Part shown: positions 1-11,497 of the stretch, piece by piece
Numbering within the stretch: position 1 is the first letter of the stretch
Layout of the letters: the number at the start of each line of letters is the position of its first letter
Source: Podarcis gaigeae
Lineage: Eukaryota
Assembly: GCA_964106915.2 (NCBI GenBank)
Contig: OZ066929.1
Length of the DNA: 64,000 nt
Strand: one strand, 5' to 3'
The notes under the pieces: generated by a model
What the model saw: the letters and a program-made list of their open reading frames with translations, nothing else
Databases searched by the model: none
What the model was told of the DNA's origin: nothing
Made by a program: the position numbers and the translations under genes

Positions 1-585
1 AATAAAGAAATAATTCCTGGAAGAAGACCGTCTTTGTCAACACCATTTTGTTTGGACAGGAACGGCCAAAAGTAAGTTTTTTAGCACCTTAAAAAAAAAA
101 TTACTAATGTCAAACATTGTCCTAAGTCCCTTTTGAAATGAGGGTAGTAAGAAAATGAAGTCTTGTGAATACATGTTTGTCCAATGCGTGCCTAATGATT
201 TCATAGCAGTAATGGGGGAGTAATTCAGTTTCATGTACATTTTAATGGATACCTGTACCCAATTCGCACATCCCCAAACTATATGCAAACAGAAACATAG
301 CTATCCTGCAAAATTTGCCCTTCTCTGATTTTTGGGATGCAGTTACCAATCCCAAAATTTGTATGCAAGGGGAAAGTCCACATAAAAATGCATATGTTGG
401 TGAAAATAATGCGCAGAAATGCATATGAGAAGAAATTGCTTGCAAAAATATGTATATTGGTAGAAATATGCACTAAAATGCTGATGAATTTTCATTGGGA
501 TTTATAACCAACCAATGTGGAAAGTTGTACTTAAGACTAGAAAAATGAGAACCTGAGGGAAAAGGAAATCAACAAATCTTAAACC

Positions 586-723
586 AGGGTTGTGGGCCAT
601 ACAGTATAGCCCTCCAGAAGTTGTTGGACTTCAGCTCCCATCAGTCCAGCCAGCATGGCCACTGGTCAAGAATGTTGGAACCTGGAGTTCAGTGATGTCT
701 GAGCAACAGGTTCTGTATCCCTG
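586..723. mobile_element. Short hAT-like MITE of an abundant squamate family. Similar degraded copies near 14500, 20000, 21000, 22610, 36900, 39330, 53810 and 54590.
   Basis: CAGGG...CCCTG ends and the recurring core 'ccctccagatgttgttggactncaactcccatca'. Confidence 0.6.
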
Positions 724-2296
724 TGACTACATACTGAAATAGTTAAAAAAGGTATGTCAATTTTAGTTCAGAAAAGCTTTAAAATGGTGCTCATTTGTGG
801 ATAGGCACACTGGTCCTGATCCAAACCCCAAATCAATGCATTTTAAAGATTGGTGAAGCGGCTTCCCTCCCACCTCTTCTTTCCCAATATGTAAAGACCA
901 CCCCCTTACAGCTGCAGAACTGGAACGTTCCCTGCTTCCCACTAGGAAGGACAAACCTATATTCACAAGACTCAAGTATTTAAGCTATTCTGGGAAAAAT
1001 ACAAAGTTCCCTGTGCACAGTTCCCTGGAAGAGTAGGCTATTACTAAATCTGTTCTGTGGGAGATGACAAGGTATTCCACACAGTTATATGGAACCATGA
1101 CGTAAAACTCTGGTGAGATCAATATGTCCCGCCCCCTCTTCAAGCCATGAAAAAAGCAAACTGTGCAGATGTTAAACATTCTAATTTTGGGACACGTGGA
1201 TAAACTGTAAGCAAACCCACTGTGTCTGCAAAGACACCCAGCGGCAAATTGTGTGTTAACTGGAACCGAAATCAAGCTCAGAATTATTATGCAGTTAGTC
1301 ATGCTCACCTCAAAGATGTCACAAGGCAGAGGTTTTTTAACAGGTGTACATTTTATCAAATGCAACCACTTCATCCCTTTGAGTCCAAAGGATGTATTTG
1401 CTGTAGATGTTTAAATAATTTAGAGGAACCACATTCCATGCCACGTCCTGTTTTCCCGCAACTCCCTCTGAGGAATGCTAATTTACAAACCACGGAATGC
1501 AACTTCCAGCAAGAAACTGGAATTGTATTTGAATCTCCTTCAGTGGCCATTTTCATATATTGGTCATGATGCGTTTTGAGGCTTAATAGGATATGAGAAG
1601 GGCAAAATCCAAGAAAAGAACTTGCTGTTTCCAAGCAACTGTCAAGAAGTTATCCTATGTTAATAAAGAATAGATAATAGCCAGGCTATATCCAATGTCA
1701 ATACTGGATGCTCTTCCACTGGGACCTGCCAGTAGACTGGGGCAGTTTTTAATTGAGGGTTCCATGTCATCAAATAGAGAGAAATTTTGGATAATCACAC
1801 ACAAGGTCACAGCTGTAGGCTTCAGGGGCTCAGAGAAGCATCAGATCTTGTTGGACATTTTATTTCCTTTTTGAAGGCTTCTCAAATTTACCCTGCTCTG
1901 TTTTAATTAAGCCTAATATAGTTTTTCACCTCTAAAATGAGGGAGCAAGATCAACAGGATGTTAAGAAAGAGGGAGTTAAAGGGGAAGCCCATCTAAATA
2001 TTCAGATGAAATACGTGTTAATTCCCGACAACGTTAAACACATAGATGGCAAAACACCAGCGTATCTCCACTCTGCAACACAATCTGGGGGAAGGGGACT
2101 GTGCAGGGATGAGGGTGCCAGGTCTTTTCTTACTCACATCCATTCATGCTGGAGTGTGCCCATCACAAAGTAGGGCAGGGCATATTAATGGCTCCTGGCC
2201 GTGCACTCTATCGCACACCATAGTGTTTTGTAAACGTGTCTGAGGGGTGTGGGCGAGAGAAGGGAAAGAGGGGAGGAAAGCCTTTCTGCTACTCAC

Positions 2297-2338
2297 GGGC
2301 TGGCTCTGTGTTTTCAGATTCAGTAGGATGCTGGGTTG
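2297..2338 (-). CDS. NCAM1: NCAM1 MSD1c-like micro-exon, 42 nt: (x)TQHPTESENTEPA
   Basis: ttccatag|CAACCCAG...ACAGAGCCAGCCC|gtgagt. 42 nt and phase 1-1, with a long upstream pyrimidine tract. Ends TEPA, like human MSD1c (...ATTEPA) as I recall it. Confidence 0.8.
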
Positions 2339-3772
2339 CTATGGAAACATGAAGGATAGATCGGACATGTAAAGGTGAAGCCTGGTGTGAAGATAAATTA
2401 TGAAGGAAAATAAAAAGGCGGGGAAGGGGGGAAAGAGAGCCTGAGGACAAAAAGGCAAGGGCTGAAGAACATTTACGCCAAGGATTTATAAAATAAGGAG
2501 AGCCATTGGGCTGAGGAGATCCCGGAAGTTCCCTGGGTGATCTTGGGGCAGTTCCTCTCCTTCAGACGAACCTATCTCAGGGTCAAACTAGACATTACTT
2601 TAATTTCATAGTTCAGAAGTAGGTCTAGAGTTGCTTCAGAGGATAGCTGTGAGGGTAAAACAGAAAGGAAAGTTGGGGGAGAAGCGAACAAGGTCCTGAA
2701 CTCCATGGAAGGGGGAGGGGAATGTAATAAATAAACAGAATATTGGGAAAATGTTGATTGAATACTCCAATAGTTTTGCACTCTTCAGAGGTAGGAATTC
2801 CTCGTCTGCCCCTTTGGAAAAGCAGGCGTTACATCAGCTCCATTCCAGAGGTTGGAGGGAACTCCTTAGGCCAACCCAAATTTGGCTGTAGTATGAAGCC
2901 TTCAGAAAACAAACATGCAAAGACTGTTGCATGTCTACAGAAATTTAGGGTGGGTGTGTCTGCAACAAAATACTGTGGTGTAGAGATGAAAGCTCCAGTT
3001 TGGACTTCCAGTAACTCCATTTCATCTCCCTGCTGCCCCACTCTAACAGTCAGGTCAGTATTTTGTGCCCACAAAGTATACTCAGTTGTCTCTGTGTTTT
3101 GTACGGAGTGGGTGGGTTCCTGAGGGTTCCCCCCTCAATATTCTTTTTTACGTGTGTGTGTGTGTGTGTGTTGTGGTGGTGTCCATTTTGGCCGTTGCCC
3201 AATACTCTCTTCCAAACACAACACCTGCTCATTTATGGCCATCACTGCATAACATTACTGCAGGTTAAGAAACCCATAAAGTACTTTTTAATGCCTCACT
3301 TACTGAGAACAGTTATAGCGCTGAAGAGAGCTGTGGAATGTTTTTTTTTAAAAAAAAAGAGGCTCTCATTCCACGGAAATCAGTCACCTCTATAATATCA
3401 GAACTACCTGATTGTGTAGATGTTCCCATTGCAGAGCTTTGTCTGTCCCATCCCAAGGTTGCTCTGTCCTCTGACAAACAGAAAAGGACCAGGCAAGCTG
3501 AAGAGCAAGAACTGTGGATTTTTGTTACAGCTGGACTTGCCGACAGGGGAGATATGGGTGAGCAGAGTGGTTATGAGACTGAGTTGGAAGGCTCCTGATG
3601 CAAGGCTCATCTGACTCAGCAAAGTTGTCATTGGCAAATGCTCACTGGCTGCCAGTAGTATGCAATGGCAATGCCAGTCTACTTCACAGGGTGGATGTAA
3701 GGAGTGCTAATGTATGCAAAAGGAGTGTAACTCAAGGTGCTCCTAAACCTAACACGTCCCATCCCCCATTCA

Positions 3773-4029
3773 CCGTATTTGTCGTTCTATAAGAAGCACC
3801 AGACCATAAGACGCACCTAGTTTTTGGAGGAGGAAAACAAGAAGGAAAAAAAATCTGAATCTCAGAAGCCAGAACAAGAGGGATTGCTGTGCAGCAAAAG
3901 CAGCGATCCCTCTTGCTGTTCTGGCTTCTCGGATAGCTGTGCGGCCTGCATTCGCTCCATAAGACGCACACACATTTCCCCTTACTTTTTAGGAGGGAAA
4001 AAGTGAGTCTTATAGAGCAAAAAATATGG
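3773..4029. mobile_element. pogo/Tigger-like MITE (CCGTATTT-type TIR)
   Basis: Terminal inverted repeats ccgtatttgtcgttctataaga / tcttatagagcaaaaaatatgg, flanked by CA/TA. Internal inverted repeat at about 3860-3932. Confidence 0.75.
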
Positions 4030-4044
4030 TAATTTTTGAAGAAG

Positions 4045-4730
4045 TGGGCATGGATCACAGGCCAATATTAGCCCACCAAGGGATCTAATTTGGGCCACAA
4101 GGCTTTTTCCTACAAACCCCACCCACCTGCCCATCAACTGAAGTTACTGATTACGTCAGCTGATACGTAGTAGGACAGGGTTTAATTGGTTGTGTGATCC
4201 AGTTCCCAGGCAGAATGATTTAATCGTCATTCATCAGCTAAACAGAGATTAAAGCCCTGTGCAGAAGCACCCTTTGAAGCCGCTTCTGCATGTGGGCTAC
4301 TTCAAAAAGGCTTTCGCAAGGGATTTAAGATAGCTGCTGCACCCCTGTTTGAGCCTCTGGATGCTCAAATGGGAATAAAGGTCTGTCTTAAAGCCTTTTG
4401 CAAGTGTACCCCTCCCCCTTTAAGTCTCCAATCCTGAAGGCTTAAGAGGGACAGACAGACTTGTAAAAGACTTTGTGAGCATCCTCCCCATTCCCCATTT
4501 AAGCCTCCAAGATAGGGGACTTAAAGAGGGAAGGAGGAAACTCACAAAGCCTTTAGCAAACTCCTCCTTCTCCCTTTAAGTCCCCAATCTCAGAGGCTTA
4601 AAAGTGTGTGGAGACTTGCAAAGCGCAAGTGATTTTGGCAGGTGGGGCAGCCCCTCCTCCTGTCAAATCTGGCCTGTGAGAAACAACTTCTATGGCTTGG
4701 CCCAAGCAGACAAAAGGGTTCACCAGTCAT
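4045..4730. mobile_element. Degraded hAT-like non-autonomous element
   Basis: Internally repeated 'ccctttaagtc(c)ccaatc..gaggcttaa' modules and MER/Charlie-like ends. Boundaries are approximate. Confidence 0.45.
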
Positions 4731-5068
4731 GGAGCAGAACAGTTCATCATTCACACTGATGTAGTGTGTTGCTATCTGGGGACCTTGCAGTGACGGAACA
4801 TATTTTCTTTCTCACTCTATCTTAATAAAATCCTCAGCAACATTTAAGAAACAACATTCCTGCAATTAAATTCAAAAGGTTATCAGCTCAATCACAATTT
4901 AGTAAAGAAATATCCATGCCATCATCTCTCCACCATTCCTTATGCTCTTTCTCAACTGCAATCAGCAGCTCTGTAATGAAGCAGACTGCTTCACAGTTTC
5001 CATCTGGAATTGTTTTGACAGCAAGCTTCCCCCCCCCTTCCCCTTTTAAGCCCAGGTAGGGGAGAGAG

Positions 5069-5071
<3 letters not shown>

Positions 5072-5106
<35 letters not shown>
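5072..5106 (+). repeat. (GT)n microsatellite. Others at about 3152-3170 (GT) and 30804-30836 (CA).
   Basis: Read directly. Confidence 0.95.
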
Positions 5107-5107
<1 letters not shown>

Positions 5108-6064
5108 TTAATATTGAAGCCAAAATTGTTGCAATTGCAGCCTTGTGATTCTGTGAGCCAGCTACAAAAACACTCTCGTTTTCTCACAACCGCACCCCTT
5201 GACATCACAACTTGCACAAATGCCCTGGAGCCTCCATGAAATACTGCCCTCCAGTCCCAGCTCTTGTGCTAATGCTGACTTCCAATTATTGGCTGTAACT
5301 TCTTTGCAATGCTCAGTCAGCTGCAAGGGAGTTGCTATCGATCCATTATTTTCAGACATGGCTGCACTGGACAGCAACTTTATTGCTCACCACCAGCCTG
5401 AGAGCAAAGTGGCTTTAACACTCCCCCCTTTAACCCTCAGTTATTTATCTGATCACCCTTTGGGAGGGATACAGCTTGAACCCCACATGATTTGGATGTC
5501 CATAAACCAGCCACGTAAGATTGGCCACCACCAGAGGTACAATATGTGGCTATTATCCATGAAAGCTAAATGGAACTTCCATATATATAAGGGCAATGTA
5601 CTGAATACACAATGGAAAAAGGACATTGCCCAATTTGTAAGCATCTGGCTGGTCCGTTTGGGAAAGTGAACTGACCCCAATGTATGGGTGCCCATGTTTC
5701 TTCGGATTTTGAAGGGGCGGAGGGTGAATTATTTTGGGACTAAACCTAACAGTGGAGTGACAGCAACAGTACAATTTCATTTTAGGGCAGCTTGGCGCAA
5801 CTTGGTGCCCTCTAGATATTTTAGACTCATCAGAGTCCAAGCGAGGGCCGTTTGTTCTTTTCCAATTTTCATTTCCAATATTTATCCACAAATCTAAACT
5901 AACATGAAAGGAACAATTAAGGAGAGTCTGGCTCTGCTAACCTTCCCTGTTTACCCATGAGCTACTTCTGCTGTAAATTCTCCTGCTGGACTCTAAAGCC
6001 CCTTTAATTATAAAACAGAGGCTGATAAAGTGCAAGATCCCTCACCCCCTAACTGTACTGTGTA

Positions 6065-6821
6065 CAAGTGAAACTTGGAAAATTAGAATATCGTGGAAAA
6101 GTTCATTTATTTCAGTAATTCAACTTAAAGGGTGAAACTAATATATGAGATAGACTCATGACATGCAAAGCGAGATATGTCAAGCCTTTATTTGTGCTTC
6201 ATTATGTCCAGGGTCAACGTAGCCATCTACCAGGAGATTTTGGAGCACTTCATGCTTCCTTCTGCAGACAAGCTTTATGGGGATGCTGACTTCATTTTCC
6301 AGTAGGACTTTGGCACCTGCCCACACTGCCAAAGGTACCAAAACCTGGTTCAGTGCCCATGGGATTACTGTGCTTGATTGCCAAGAGAAAGATGAGAGAC
6401 ATGAGACTGAGCAATGCAGAAGAGCTGTAGGCTGCTATTGAAGCATCCTGGTCTTCCATAGAACGTCAGCAGTGCCACAGACTGATAGCATTCCATGCCA
6501 TGCCACATTGAGGCAGTAATTGATGCAAAAGGGGCCCAAACCAAGTACTGAGTACATATACATGCTTCTACTTCTCAGAAGTCCAATATTACTCTATTTG
6601 TAGTCCTTGTTTTGCTGATTTCATTTAATATTCTAATTTTCTGAGATTTGGGGTTTTCATCAGCTGTATGCCATGATCATCACAATTATAACAAATAAAG
6701 GCTTGACATATCTCACTTTGCATGTCATGAGTCTATCCCATATATTAGTTTCACCTTTTAAGTTGAATTACTGAAATAAATGAACTTTTCCACGATCTTC
6801 TAATTTTCCGAGTTTCACCTG
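6065..6821 (+). mobile_element. Internally deleted Tc1 (DD34E-type) DNA transposon with a transposase pseudogene
   Basis: About 130-bp TIRs (CAAGTGAAACTTGGAAAATTAGAA... / ...TTCTAATTTTCCGAGTTTCACCTG) and a TA TSD at 6063-64 and 6822-23. Internal remnant reads YQEILEHFMLPSADKLYGDADFIFQ*D..APAHTAKGTKTWF..IEAVIDAKGAQTKY. Confidence 0.92.
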
Positions 6822-7290
6822 TATGCTAAGGATTTTTTAAAAGCTTTTTCTTTGGGAATATCGACCTCCTACAAGTGAGTTTGTCACCTGGTATCAAAGC
6901 AAGCAAACCACTGGAGACAGCCTGGGAACTTCAACATTGCCTACCCCAGGTGTGTATGTGTGTGAAACAACAACATCGCAAGTGAAATAGGCACACATGC
7001 AGATACGAACAACACTGCATGCTTTGGAGATGGGAAAGAAGGAGGCGTCAACCTCTTGACCAACTTCTACAAACGGCAGTGTTAACTGGAAAAATACAAC
7101 AGCTACTCTAGCATCAGTGTTATTAGGAGATGCAAGAGTTTTATCAGCTACTTTGTTTCTAAGCACAAGAAGTAAGGTTAAAAAAAACTAGAAAAGAAAA
7201 GAAGAGAGAAATGCTAAGTTAAAAAGGGCTAGTTCTACATCCAATGTTAGGGTAAGAGCACTCCAGGAGAAGGAATTCAGAAGCACTTAC

Positions 7291-7305
7291 GTGGCGGTGG
7301 AGTGC
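7291..7305 (-). CDS. NCAM1: NCAM1 MSD1a hinge micro-exon, 15 nt: (R)TPPP
   Basis: ccgcag|GCACTCCACCGCCAC|gtaagt. Length 15 nt, phase 1-1 and proline triplet match mammalian HSPPP. It is the first micro-exon after FN3-1. Confidence 0.9.
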
Positions 7306-9153
7306 CTGCGGTTTCCCCATGGTTGGAACACAGATGAAAAGAAAAGACAGACACAGACCCCAAAAAAAGAAAAGATGTAACAGAGATGAAAATAAAGGAG
7401 GCGATAGAACAAGGCACTGGAAATTTAAAACAAGCGAGCGTTCCTTGCATTAAGGTCACATTTTCCAGGTAGGCAGGTTAAGATTATCAGAGAAGAGTAA
7501 ATACTGGGCAGCTACAGAAGCACAAGAGGGGAATCGTGTTCATTTATCTGTGCATTGGATAGTTTGTGGGGACAAGGAGCACAACTAGCTTCCAAGGTAG
7601 AGAGGGAGGAACTGGTGGAGTGGGAGAGTCGCTGTGACCTCTGGTCTTTGCTGTAGGGCCCTGGACGTAGCAGGAGGAGCACCGAGCTGAACAGGCATAG
7701 GAAAGGAGGTGTGGGTTTGTTGCTGATCATTTCCAGGCACACGCGAAGAACATTGGTTGGAGAAAATTGGGAAAGGGATATAAGGAAGCCCATCCAAACA
7801 TGAGCAAGCTGGCTACGTAGAGGCTTGAGTGAAACCGGGAGCAGAAAAGGGCTTAGATCTGGGGCAACCACATATATATAAAGCCCATTTTGTCCCATAT
7901 CATGTTACATTCAATCTTGGTTTAATTTTTATTACAAGTCTGAAAACATCTCAGCTTCCTCCACTTGCCCCTCCAAAGAAGGAAGGAACTGGAAAATGGG
8001 AAAACTCAGTATGACAGACATACAGATCCATCCTCACTCTGAGGAGCAGCAAAGTCCAGAGCATTAAGTTGCAGTTAGCTCTCGCTTGTTTACTCTGAAT
8101 CCTGCCCACATCCCGCAAAGCATATGGTGCACAAATGATGTGGAACTGTAAAATAGGAGCCACAGTGGAACATGCATGCTCAAAAGCATGTACACAGCTC
8201 TGTGGCAACCTGATTCTTGAGTTTAACTCTTCTGCCAGTTAGATGGAAGTTTTAAGGTGTGCTCCAACAATATTTCTCTGTCTCTCACAATTCAATGAGG
8301 CGGAGTATATAATAAGAGTCAAGACTGGCCAAAAGATATAGTTGTTCATAGAGCACAAGCAGCAGTGATGCCTGCTCTATTGGTTGGCTTCAAAATGGAA
8401 TTAAAACAAATCCAAGAAAGTTGATAAGTCTTTTAATGGTTACTATGCCATGACGCCAGGGTTGGAAACAGTGTGCCTCTCAGTAGCAGTTGCCAATGGA
8501 CAACAGAAGCAGGCCATTGCTATCCTTCTAGCCCTGTTCGCTGGCTTCTCATTGGGCCATTTGTTTGTCCACTGAAATGGATTGAGGCATGGGTGGGTGG
8601 GTGATGACGACAACTTGTTGGCCCAGGCAAAGTAATAGGATTGTCAGTTTGGCTCAAAACTCAACCAATGCTTCATAACAGAGGAAGTTCAGATTTTAAA
8701 AAAATCACCCTTCTACCCTTTCTCCACCCTTCTACCAGCTGTGCCAGAAAAAAGCTGGTTCATTTCTCTGTCCCTTACCCACAAGATTGTTATGACATGT
8801 GCCAAGCTACAATAAAGGAGTGAGCGCTAGTTAAAAAAAGAAAAGCCACACTATCCCCCTAAACAATCAAACCCCTTATTTCCATAACCAGTCGCTGGGA
8901 GCGCAGCTTGGTGGGAGGAAGAACAAAAACAGAAAAGACCATTGGAAGACAGAAAATAACAGAAGTGGGTCGATGTTACAACCTGGTGAAATCAGAGAAA
9001 TCTGGACAGATGTTTTGGGAAAGATCAGAATGAGACCTGCAAGAGGAACAGGAGCCATCCATGCATGGAAGGGAGGCTGCAAAGAGGTAGGGGGAGAAAA
9101 TGAAGGACATTTGCAAAAAGCAAGGAAGAACAGAAAAGCAGGGAGTTACTTAC

Positions 9154-9285
9154 GAACTGGCTGTGTCTTGAACTCGGAGGGAGAACTGATTTCGCCTGCC
9201 CCTTTGCCATTGATGGCAGTCAGTCGGATGGCATACCTTGTCTCTGGCTTCAAGCCCATCACAGTGAAGACACCCTCCATGTTGG
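9154..9285 (-). CDS. NCAM1: NCAM1 exon 13 (132 nt), FN3-1 C-half: ANMEGVFTVMGLKPETRYAIRLTAINGKGAGEISSPSEFKTQPV
   Basis: Acceptor aatag, donor TTC|gtaagt. Translated by hand. Confidence 0.96.
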
Positions 9286-10082
9286 CTATTCCGGAAAAGA
9301 GAGGAAACAAGCGGAGGAACGTTTTAATCTATAACAGAAAACGGTTCATTTCACAATCAACAACCTTGGATGTGCAGGACCTGGAGAGAGAAGAGCATGG
9401 GAGGAATGGCGGACAGAGAGGGGACCTGCCATCCTCACCTCAACAAAGCAGGGCATCTGTTGCTTTTTTGATGATACAATTAATACGCAAGCTTTAGACT
9501 AACAAAGATCTCTCGGATCACCCATGTTGCTAATTTTTCACCCCTAAATAGGGCTTCTTAATAAAGTCACAATTCAGAAGTTGGAAAACTCAAGAGTTGT
9601 TACCTGATGTTAAACTTCCTCTATACAAAAACACACAGAGATGAAATTCTACTCTATCAAAGATAGATCCTCTTGTGGCCCTGCTCTTTCTCCATGTCAT
9701 GCTTCCACAGAGTCCAAAACTAACAGTTTCTTCGTGGTTAGTCAATAGATAAAGGGCTGATCCACACTTGATGGCAAAATCCTGACTTTCATGTTCAGTG
9801 GGTCCACTGTGCTCTTCCTATTTTTGCCCTGGAACTCTTTCCCGTAGCCCCATGTTTATTTGTCCACTTTTGGGTTGCACTTAGTCAGATTTTTCTGAGT
9901 TTATCCGCCTTGCTCTGCCCACTGTGCTTATCAGGACTTGGAGCAGCAGGACACACTAGGCTTTTGGAACTCAATGCTCCCTCCTCCTTCCCTGTTGTTA
10001 AGAGGGGTTGCTAAGTGCGCTCTGTGCTTCCGGACTCATTGGTCCTTCTTTGTCCCCCTCCCTTCTATGCAGACACCTTTTA

Positions 10083-10335
10083 CAGTGGTGCCTCGCAAGA
10101 CGAAATTAATCCGTTCTGCGAGTTTCTTCATCTTGCGGATTTTTCGTCTTGCGGAGCGCGGATGCACCCTGGTATTAACGGTTGTAAGAAAAAGGAAACA
10201 AACTCGCAAGACGTTTCATCATGCAAAGCAAGCCCATAGGGAAAATCGTCTTGCGAAGCAACTCAAAAAACGAAAAACCCTTTCGTCTTGCGCGTTTTTC
10301 GTCTTACGAGGCATTCGTCTTGCGAGGTACCACTG
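10083..10335. mobile_element. Tigger/pogo-like MITE
   Basis: TA|CAGTGGTGCCTCGCAAGACGAA ... TTCGTCTTGCGAGGTACCACTG|TA. CpG-rich, so probably young. Confidence 0.9.
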
Positions 10336-10772
10336 TATATGATCAGAACACAAATATGAGTGGTTTTTGGTTTTTTGCATAACAGGGTCATTTGGAAAAT
10401 GAGGGGAAAATCCTGGGTCGCAGTCAGGCAATAACCAGAACCATGCAGTTCAACAGTGGAAAAACTCTTAATGAAAAGCTGACCAGATTGAGGGAGAGGG
10501 CATGGAAAGAGAGGGAGGAGGTAAAAGAAGGCTGCCTCTGCCTGCAAATTTGTGGAAATGTCAAAGAAACTTATTCAGGAGCCCTTGCAAAATCAGTTTT
10601 TCAAGTGGGCCAAATCTCCCTTCAGAATTTCCGGGCATCAGTTAAGATAATATTTTTGCAAGAAACCTATGGCACAGTTGTGGAGCAGCATTAAAAGTTC
10701 TTGGGCATGGGGAAATCAATCTGTGCACAAGTCAATTAAAATATGGATCCAGCAAAGGTATTGCTATGAATT

Positions 10773-11305
10773 TGTGGCGTGCAAGACACCCTAAATTCCT
10801 GGGTCCAATAAAAGTTGGACTTAATCCATGTTTGCGAGTTAAGCTGTGACAAACACTGAACCCCTGGATTGTGTTAACAAGTCAGACCAGCCTGGTGACT
10901 GCTAGCTGAATGTGCGTTGTTAGAGGGACAAAGACCAGTGATGACCCAATCAAGAAAGCCACCAGGAGGGCAAAGACTGTGCCCTCCAGCTGTGTGTTAA
11001 TAGGCAAAGACAAAAAATGGGTTTAGGAATTTAGTTTGGATGCTGTAGGCCGGAAGGGACTAGTTTCACCAGGTTAGCGGTGATAAGGAAGAAGGAAGGT
11101 GAAGAACACAATGTGAGATGACTGGAACAGGCTTTAACAAAGAAAGACAACATGGCTGTTGTTTTCTGTTCTTAAACCCACGCCTGCTGCATCCATGGGA
11201 GAAGCAAGAGACCCTCTTGGAATGTGAATGCTCTCCATCTAAACTCAGGTTATACATATGTGTAAATAATCCATATATTACAAAGACATCACAGTCTCTG
11301 CTGGT
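10773..11305 (+). mobile_element. Possible degraded solo LTR
   Basis: Starts TGTGGCG and has an LTR-like layout ending 'tgtaaataatccatatattacaaagacatcacagtctc'. No TSD confirmed. Confidence 0.35.
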
Positions 11306-11326
11306 TGGCAGTACTCAACACCCTAC

Positions 11327-11497
11327 CTTCCTTAGCATCGTACATCCTGGAGTGCCAGTCTTCCTCTCCCCGCGCTCGCCACTCAGCCTTGTACCGGAGG
11401 ATGGGAACTCCGCCAGTAGCCTCAGGTTCATCAAATTCCACTTGGGCTGTGCTTGAGTAGGGTTCCACTCTCTCAATGGAAGGTGCAGATGGTGTAT
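11327..11497 (-). CDS. NCAM1: NCAM1 exon 12 (171 nt), FN3-1 N-half: DTPSAPSIERVEPYSSTAQVEFDEPEATGGVPILRYKAEWRARGEEDWHSRMYDAKE
   Basis: Acceptor tctcag, donor AAG|gtaggg. Lies within ORF 11289..11636. Confidence 0.97.

Noticed and set aside
1-2296. NCAM1 SEC exon and AAG triplet micro-exon
   Set aside because: Searched by eye. No ag|AAG|gt with a proper tract and no SEC-like peptide were found. They probably lie beyond the window start or are absent.
7051-7083. 33-nt open segment matching the chicken 12B exon length
   Set aside because: The donor GAG|gttgac is very weak, and the peptide (LNTAVCRSWSR) is not MSD-like.
8973-9497. 174-aa plus-strand ORF
   Set aside because: Antisense shadow of NCAM1 exon 13 and its flanks, with no recognisable protein.
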